Positions 23,476-64,000 of a stretch of 64,000 nucleotides of DNA are shown in pieces. The notes beneath the pieces are model-generated. The model saw nothing but the letters and a program-made list of their open reading frames with translations, did not search any database and had not been told where the DNA came from. Numbering within the stretch: the stretch's first letter is position 1; each line of letters opens with the position of its first letter. The DNA is from Eledone cirrhosa (lineage: Eukaryota): assembly GCA_964016885.1 (NCBI GenBank), contig OZ024747.1:6200001-6264000 (forward strand), written 5' to 3'. Made by a program: the position numbers and the translations under genes.

Positions 23476-25601
23476 TAAAAATGTGTTTATCTAGCATGTA
23501 ATAGCATTAATGCTTGTTTACATACATATGTATTTAGGCACAAACCCTTCAAAAAACTTTTTTTCATATAGGTATATTTTATGTGTGCATACATATATAC
23601 ACATATATCATCATTGCTTCTTCCATGCTTGTTTCTTGTCAAAATCCTTCTTATATATTGTCACATAGTGATAATTTACTTAACTAATGTCTACTACCTA
23701 CCCTGAGTATTTACTTATGACCTGTGCCTGACATATACACATTAGACAAAGCTTGAGCAACAGACGTGTATATATAATCCACACACACCTTATTAGTATC
23801 CCATTTCATGAAATATGTACATATATTTTTATGTATGTGCACACACATATATACATCTACCCCCAAAAGAACCATACACACACACATATATATATATAAA
23901 ACCATAGGAAACTCCACATGCTCACTCCTGCCTTTATAGCACTGATTGTTAATGCTGTTACTGCTTTTTTTTTTTCTTTTTCACCGGTTCATATTTTACA
24001 TGAAGAACACAAGAACAACAGCAACATCAGCAGACAAACAGTACAACCAATGGCACAACTGTACATTCTACAACCATTCTTTTTATTATACAGCTTTTGG
24101 TTTTTCTTTGTCCTCTCCTTATATATCATCATCATTATTTCATTTCAAAAACTAAAAAAAAAAAAATTAGAAATGTATATTTAATTTGTACCCCACCTGT
24201 ACAGGTTTGAATTGGCAGTGGTTAGGGCAGTTGGATAGAATGCTAAGCATTATTCATCTTGGCCCCTGGCACTTTGGGTTCCTGCCGAAGCCAACTTTGC
24301 ATTTCATTCTTTTGGGAGAGAGGTCGATAAATAAAGTGCCAATTCAATACTAGGGACAATTCTTCTCTCTTGCTCTCTCTCTGGAAGAAATTAGCTTTGG
24401 TCAAACATGGAGAGGCAAGGGCACTGTCAAGTTTAACTTGTAATGTCCTGTACACCATGAAATAACATTAGCAAGACATTCTTGAGAAATATAAAACAGC
24501 ACTATGACTTCATCACATTATCAAAGTCTTTACTTTAATACTGTAAATTTTCTCAGCAATTTGTCCACTAGTAGAGATACTATAAACATTTGATTTAAGA
24601 AACCACATGAAACTGCAGTAGCAAGCCATTCTTGAAAAATATAAAACAGCACTACTATGACTTCATAACATTTACAATTGAAGCCTTTACTTTAATACTG
24701 TAAATTTCCACAATGATCTTTCCACTAGTAAGATGCTTTTAAACATTTGAAATAACAAACCTGTTTTTATATTTGTTCTGCTAAACCATTAGAGAATGTT
24801 AAGAGTTAAATGCCCGTACGGTCCCACCAGGAGTTCAGAAATTGGTGACAATGTGTGGTGGTGCTAAGCAATGTTTGCAGTGCAGTTTCAATTCCTCCAT
24901 GCTTTTAGCAATTTTCACACAAATCTCTCCATTTGTCCTCCCTGATTTCACATGGCTCACACCTCTCTCTTTCTCTCACTCACTGTCCATACCTCTTACC
25001 ACCACCACCACCTCAGTTATTATAATTATCATCACAATCATTGTATGTATTGTTACCAACCTATCATATACCACATCATAGCAAATTCAGATCTTCATAT
25101 AACATATATATTGCATATATACACACACAATCTTGCTAGGAGGGAAAATGAATGCTAAACGATGATGATAGTGACACGTGTGTGTGTATATATATATATA
25201 TACACACACACAGTTAATCTACACACATATACATATTTTTATTATACATACAACACATACAAAGAGAAACTCTTTCCATGTTGGCATGGATTGAAATATA
25301 TATGTGTTGTATACAAGATGACTATTACTAATTACAGCAGAAATATATATATATCAGTTTTCATTTCATCATTTCATTTTACGTCCGCTTTTTCCCTGCT
25401 TGCAAGGGTGGGAAGGGAACTGATTCTGGCTTGATTTCTACAGCTGGATGCCCTTCCTAACACCAACCTCATTTACAGTGAGTGCTGGGTGCTTTTTTCC
25501 GTGGCGCCTACACGTCCACTTTGCAGTGGAATGATAGGATCCCAGTCCCTATCATCTCATTTCTACAGCTGAGTAAACTGGAGCAATGTGAAATAAAGTG
25601 T

Positions 25602-25717
<116 letters not shown>

Positions 25718-26493
25718 ATAGCAGGGAACCAGTAAAAAAAGAAGTATGATTTCACAAAAAAATATGAGTGTAGGGATGTATATGTGCTTGTTAGGCTGCC
25801 CTGTTAGTATACACAGGAGAAACTCCTGAATAACAAGGTTCAAGCTTGGTTTTAGTATATATATATATATTGTGTTGGTGATCTACATGATAAACACACC
25901 CAGTTCACTCTGTAAATTGGTTGGTATTAAGAAGGTCATCCAGTCAAGCAAACAGTCGTGAGGACCCTTCAGCTGTGTCAAAGGCATTACAAGTTCCCTA
26001 GTGCGGGTGTCATGATAAAATGCACTCTGTAGAAATGCAGGACCCTGGCCCATTTGAGAGGTCAGTAGCCTTGCTTAAGTTACTGACTTGGTTTGTGATG
26101 ACCCATCCAACCCTTGCTAGCAGGAAAATGGATGTTAAATAATGATGATGATGGTGGTATACACACACACACATACATATATACACATAACTGGGAACCA
26201 ATAAAAGAAAACAGGTATGATTTCATAAAGAAATATGTGTAGGGAGGATGTTTTATAGATGGATGCAACATGAGTATTTAGTGGAGTGGAGTGGTGGGAG
26301 GAGGTGAAGATGATATAAGGTATAGAGGGCTTTATGTACAATTGAGAGAGAGACACACAGAAGGGATATATATATATGTCTGTGTGTGAGTATCTCAGGT
26401 TCAAACGGGGGTAACCTCAGTAAGGTACTCAATACCTAGAGTGTATAGAAATGGCTTCTACAGGACTAGAACTGTTCTAGTCCTGTAGAAGCC

Positions 26494-26529
<36 letters not shown>

Positions 26530-27028
26530 TGTGTGTGTGTGATTGAAGGCACTATTGTTGTGTATAACATTAAACAGGTATATTATGGGGTCAATAAAAT
26601 AAAGTACTTGACAGGTACTTTATTGTATTGATCCTTGAAAGATGACAAAGTTGACCTCAAATCCTGCTGATGTCAATTTTGTTTTTCATCTTTCCAGAAT
26701 CAATGAAATAAAGTCCTGGTCATGTACAGCGGATGAGGGGGGGGGGTGATTAATCAACTTTCCCTTCCCTCCAAATTGCTGGCCTTGTGCCGAAATTAAA
26801 AAGAAAGAACTATTTAAAAAAAAAAAAAACCGTTTCTGATGTAGTTGCATCAATGAGCTGTCGGGGCGTTGGTTCCTGTCATTCAGCTGGGTTTGGGTTC
26901 AATCTCAAGTAATTCTTTCTGATAGTGGAAGGAATATTCCAATGCAAGGCATCAACCATTTACCTTTTTTTAAATATGTATATCTGTGTGTGTGTGTGTA
27001 TATATATAGATATACGTGTGTGAGTGTA

Positions 27029-27064
<36 letters not shown>

Positions 27065-27072
27065 AATATGTG

Positions 27073-27122
<50 letters not shown>

Positions 27123-27991
27123 AAAATGTTTGACCCCGACAGCAGAGCTCAAGCCGTTTTGACGGTTATTTCTGGACTGTATATATATATATACATATAC
27201 ATATGTGTATGCTTGTTTGTGCATGCATGTATATATCTGTATTAAATGGTGACTGTTTACTAAGAAGTTTTGCCAATGTTAATGGCATATTAAAACAGTC
27301 TACATTGTAACAAATATTTTATATTGACTCTATACACAGTATATAAGTCTTTAATTCAGTATGTTTCATGTGTTTATCACACAAGCCTATAAAACAAGCA
27401 TTAACACACACACACATGTATGTATGTATGTATATATATATAGTTATAAAATGTTGGGTTTTTTTCTGAGAGGTGGGTAGGTATGGGGGGGGGGGGGGGG
27501 GGGTTGCATTTTTTCTCTTTTCGGCTATTTTTTTCTTTCTTTTTCTTTTATTTACAAATTCCTACATATTGACCAGCACACTTTGAAGTCTTTGATGCGC
27601 CCCCCTCCTCCTCCCTCCAGATATTGTTAGTGGTGATGGAGGTGGTGTGAACATTTTGGTAGCAAGGAAAACAATTATTCCTGAGCAGTTCCCTGAATGA
27701 ATCAATCAATGAATGAATGAATGATAGATCTAAGAAGGAAGGGGTTGGGGGTGAAGAATATAAAAAGTGGGGAGGGAGGAGCTGGGCTGTTGGTTTGAAT
27801 AGGTGAACAAAAAAAAAAAAAAAAAAAAAAATCTCTTTTCTGTTAACTATTATACAATGTCTACATTGGAAGACGTCTCTCCTCCTCCCTTGAATATTGT
27901 ACAATTGCAGTGGGGGAGGAGGGGAGAGGGTTTTGATTTGAGATCGGAGGAACTAAAATGTTTTGGTTGGTAGTTGCAAAAAAAAAAAATA

Positions 27992-59021
<31,030 letters not shown>

Positions 59022-59171
59022 CTGAAAATAAATAGATGTATATATAATATATATATATATATGTATATATAATATATATATATAATGTAAAAGGTAAACA
59101 GAAATAACAACACATGGTACAGTATATGGAAGGAATATATTAATTTAACACTTGAAATAGCAGGAAGAGGG

Positions 59172-59207
59172 TCTTAACGTTTCGGACGCTAGTCCTTCAT
59201 CAGAAGA
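59172..59207 (-). ncRNA. Minimal (Penelope-type) hammerhead ribozyme motif
   Basis: - strand: tctt-CTGATGA-A-GGAC(tagc)GTCC-GAA-ACGT-T-aaga. Palindromic 4-nt stem III, 4-bp stem I, GUU site. Confidence 0.75.
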
Positions 59208-59354
59208 AAGAATGAGAAATTAGAAAGATTGAAGGGATGGGCAGAACGGAATCGGAAAACATTTTTAGAGAAAAATAACAGGTCCATGCATGTTGCCATC
59301 TTTTGGAAAACTATTGATGCTGGCGTTTTGTGTATGATATACTTTATATATACT

Positions 59355-59385
<31 letters not shown>

Positions 59386-59972
59386 AGTTTGAAGAGCAGG
59401 CAGTTAACATTTACCTAATTTTTCTTCTTAGTCCAGGGAAATTAACTAAATAAATAATCAATTAAACGGAGCTAAGTTTAAATTGTAAGTTTGAAGAAAT
59501 AATAGATAAATGTTTACCAATAATATATATATATATATATAATCATCATCATCATCGTTTAATGTCCATCTTCCACGCTAGCATGGGTTAGACAGTTTTG
59601 TTCTATTTGATGCGGGAATGGTCAAGAGACCATGTCTCGCTTGGATAGAAGCATCTCTGGCAGGTGTTTTCTACAGCTGGATACCCTTCCTAACACCAAC
59701 CACATCTACAGTGTGGACTATATATATATATATATATATCATATCACATGAATACACCCATTTTGCAATTGAAGGATTAATATTTTTTATGTAACTGACA
59801 GGTTTCATTAATATGCAAGTGAGCACATCTAGAGTTCAATATTCTGCTTCAACAGTTTTACACACGAGCTTGTCAAACTCAAACAATGCTTTTTGTTTAT
59901 TGACACAGTAGTCCTCGATTTCAAGTTATATAAATTCAAATAACGGAAACCGATTACAACTATAATTTATAC

Positions 59973-60056
<84 letters not shown>

Positions 60057-60750
60057 CATCATCATCATCACCATCACCGTTTTACGTCCGTTCTTCCACG
60101 CTAGCATGTGTTAGACGGGTTGTCCTGTTGTGGGCAGTGTCTGGTCGGCTGACCATGCCTTGCTCATACAGGAACTGATTTGGCTTGATTTCTACAGCTG
60201 GATGCCCTTCCTAACACCAACCTCATTTACAGTGAGTGCTGGGTGCTTTTTCGTGGTGCCTACACGTCCACTTTACAGTGTGGGCTGGGTGCTTTTTTGC
60301 CGTGGCACCTCCATGACCATCTTGCAGTGGGAGGGTGTGGGGGCATATTGTCTATATGCTTCAGCTTGTACCCATGGAAGGTCGGGTACTCATGGTAAAG
60401 TGCTGAAACGAATGTAAGCAAGCTGCAAGCCATGGCCTCTCTAAGATGGTAATTCTGATCAAGTGGAAATGGAAGTTTAATGATGATATGACAAAGAAAA
60501 TATTATTTCTTGCATTTGATGGAAGTGGTCAGAGGGTTAAAAACAAACCCTGTGACTACCTCCATGTAGGGCAAGGTACAAAGCTTTCTTTGTAAGGGTT
60601 AAATAATAATAATTGTTTCTACGTTAGGCACAAGGCCAGCAATTATCCAGTGCATTACTGGTACTTTATTTTATAATAATAATAATATATATTCTCTATT
60701 AAAGTGCATTGAGTTCTAATTAAAAACAACTGGTCTCTCCAACAACATCC

Positions 60751-61881
60751 ACAACACTGCCACACAACAGAATGGAATGTAGTTCCATGCTACATCTACT
60801 TTAACCAACAACAACTACCATCACCTCTACTATACCGCCATCACCACAACCAACACCAACACCACCACCACCAACAACAACTACCATCACCACTACTATA
60901 CCGCCATCACCACAACCAACACCAACACCACCACCACCAACAACAACTACCATCACCACTACTATACCGCCATCACCACAACCAACACCAACACCACCAC
61001 CACCACCAACAACAACTACCATCACCACTACTATACCGCCATCACCACAACCAACACCAACACCACCACCACCAACAACAACTACCATCACCACTACTAT
61101 ACCGCCATCACCACAACCAACACCACCACCACCAACAACAACTACCATCACCACAACCAACACCACCACCACCACCAACAACAACTACCATCACCACTAC
61201 TATACCGCCATCACCACAACCAACACCTACCACCACCACCAACAACAACTACCATCACCACTACTATACCGCCATCACCACAACCAACACCACCACCACC
61301 ACCACCACCAACACCACCACCACCACCAACACCACCACCAACACCACCACCACCACCAACACCACCACCAACACCATCACCACCACCACCACCACCACCA
61401 ACACCATCACCACCACCACCACCACCACCAACACCACCACCACCACCACCACCACCAACACCACCACCACCACCACCAACACCAACACCAACAACAACAC
61501 CATCACCACAACCAACACCACCACCACCACCAACACCACCACCAACACCACCACCACCAACACCACAACCAACACCAACAACACCACCACCACCACCAAC
61601 ACCACAACCAACACCACCACCACCACCAACACCACCACCACCACCACCACCAACACCACCACCAACACCACCACAACCAACACCAACACCACCACCACCA
61701 CCAACACCACCACCAACACCACCACCAACACCACCACCACCAACACCACCACCACCACCAACACTGCCACACAACAGACTGGAATGTGGTTCCATGCTAC
61801 ATCTACTTTAACCAACAACAACAACAACAACAACAGTAATGAGAGGGCCAACTGATAAGTCAGTTATTTGGCCTCTGGTTG

Positions 61882-61912
<31 letters not shown>

Positions 61913-62190
61913 GTTATAATAGTGGTAGTATTGGTGATGGGGGTGGTGGAGATAGTTATAGTAGTGGTAGTAGTGATGGTGGTGGTGGAGGTAGTTGTTA
62001 TAGTAGTGGTAGTAGTGATGGTGGTGGTGGAGGTAGTTGTTATAGTAGTGGTAGTAGTGGTGGTGGTGGAGGTAGTTGTTATAGTAGTAGTGATGGTGGT
62101 GGTGGAGGTAGTTGTAGTAGTAGTGATGATGATGGTGGTAGTGGTAGTAGTAGTATAATAGTGGTGATGGTAGTAGTAGTAGTAATGGTA
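60751..62190. repeat. Low-complexity (CAC/CAA)n array with 60-bp higher-order units, then a (GTA/GGT)n array
   Basis: Directly visible; ~65-bp unique direct repeat at 60751-60815 and 61759-61825. Confidence 0.9.
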
Positions 62191-62279
62191 GGAAACTAAA
62201 AAAAGATAAAACCAGTTGTGACAATAGGAATATCCATATGATGCCAGTGGTAGAGCAAGTAACCTGTCTTTAGTATCTA

Positions 62280-62316
<37 letters not shown>

Positions 62317-62470
62317 GTAAATGTGTGTATGTATGTTAGTACATGTGTGTGTGTATGTGTGTATGTGTGTATATATATATATATAATAGAAAAAATGAGG
62401 AAGTTTTGTTTACATATGAAAAATATACTACACTATATCATCATCATCATCATCGTTTAATGTCTATCTT

Positions 62471-62508
<38 letters not shown>

Positions 62509-62630
62509 GTAGGTCCCGGGTTGAGTCGGGGATAACCACAGTAAGTAAGGTACTCAATACATGGCAGAGTAAACATTTTTTTATTTTATAGAAACAGTAC
62601 TAGTCCTGTAGAAGTTCCTTCTATAAAATA

Positions 62631-62713
<83 letters not shown>

Positions 62714-63626
62714 GAAAAGATTCTGGACCCTGATGGCTGAGCTCCAGCCGTTTCGACAGCTAGAGCCATTGGGGTCCTGAATCTTTTCATATAACCCACT
62801 GTACTACCCCAAGTATTGAGTACTCTGGTGGGTTATGGTCCACCTGGTTTTTTACCACACCCTATCTGATATATATATATAATTAGAAAGTGAACAATAC
62901 AATATATAACTACAAATAGCTCTGTTCTATACATAGAGCACTATTTTTTCCTTCGGAATTAACTAACATATATATATATATTATTAATTTAGGTGGATTG
63001 GCAGTATCGGTAGAGGGTCGGACGCCATGCTTTCCAGCATAGTTATGTCCCTTTACGATCTGAGTTCAAATCCCGCCGAGGTTGACTTTGCCTTTCATCC
63101 TTACGGGGTCGATAAAATAAAGTACCAGTAATGCACTGGGTAATTGCTGGCCTTGTGCCTAAAGTAGAAACAATTTATATATATTATATAAATGTTCAGT
63201 GTTCTTCTGTGCAAATTATTTTCCATATTTAAATCACTAATGCTATGAACTGTTGTTAAACATCTACTAATGTGTTGGTGATAGGAAGGGCATCCAGCTG
63301 TAGAAACAATGTCAAAGATGAAATGAATAATAATGACAAAATTATTGTGCACAGTGCTCAGCTCAGGTGAAAGCGCGACATGGGCCACAACCTGTCTGAG
63401 AGGAAAGTAATTCTAGTAAAGTACTGACTTGGTCTGTGGAAGATGATACATATATATATATATAAATATATGGACGTTAAATTGTGATATATGTAACTTT
63501 CTGTTCATTTAATATTTGTCTGATGAGGTCATAACTGTTACATAACAGTTACCATTGAAATATGTATAACAGCGATTGTGTAATGAATAAATGAGGTAAA
63601 TTCTAACCTGTTGATGTCTACTCCAT

Positions 63627-63672
<46 letters not shown>

Positions 63673-64000
63673 CCTTGTCCTTATAAACAAACAAGAGGTA
63701 TATATATTTTCTTTACATCATGTATGAAAAGTTGATTCTTTCCATTTATTTTTTCACTACATCACCAACATAAAAATGATAATGATGATGTGTATATGTA
63801 TATATGTGTGTGTGTGTGTAAATTGCATGCAAAGAGAGCCATCATCATTGACAGTGATGGAGATCCAACAGACATAATGTTAAGATGAGCTTATGGGAGA
63901 GAGGGGCTCCTTAATGGCCATAGGGATTGCTAGAAATAACCTCCAATCTTTTCCAATTCCTACACTTATTGTAACAAAGAAGAGGAACCCATATTGGATA

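Noticed and set aside
60801-61851. Gly/Val-rich ORFs resembling structural proteins
   Set aside because: Trinucleotide repeat open in all three - frames; no signal peptide or convincing splice sites.
61856-62196. Thr-rich - strand frame after a good acceptor (tttttttag|) as a mucin PTS exon of the Mesh/MUC4-like gene
   Set aside because: The Thr frame is flanked by poly-Tyr/His and reaches TAA with no GT donor; best read as microsatellite. Junction reads would overturn this.

Overview
AT-rich, microsatellite-dense eukaryotic DNA. The repeat content (Nin-domain-like and CORE-like tRNA SINEs, an RTE LINE with a (GAT)n tail) suggests a cephalopod, probably Octopus; this is inference. Two intron-rich genes converge tail to tail. 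(1) A complete 10-exon + strand gene (5071-18383, 421 aa by manual splicing) encodes signal peptide + JmjC/cupin 2OG-Fe(II) oxygenase + EF-hand + C-terminal HHEL, a probable ER-luminal hydroxylase. (2) The last 14 coding exons of a - strand Mesh/SUSD2/MUC4-like membrane protein (IPT-AMOP-VWD-Sushi-TM-tail) span 59021-27992, with the 5' end not found in the window. All exon junctions were read by hand, are GT-AG and are phase-compatible. Mobile DNA includes a Helitron at the left edge with a nested R4/Dong-type LINE sitting in a (TATG)n tract, an uninterrupted 5'-truncated RTE LINE, CR1/RTE/Dong fragments, hAT, Tc1/mariner and piggyBac-type MITEs, and many SINEs. Most notable: a hammerhead ribozyme with an intact core inside a perfect 68-bp foldback in the last JmjC intron, and a second minimal hammerhead in the other gene. 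Both are host-sense and about 150-200 nt upstream of a 3' splice site. Also notable are tandem repeats that multiplied a real splice donor (9 copies) and a real acceptor (in-frame +22 aa), a candidate internal first exon, and several spacer-less palindromes next to (TA)n tracts. No rRNA, true tRNA or CRISPR array was seen.
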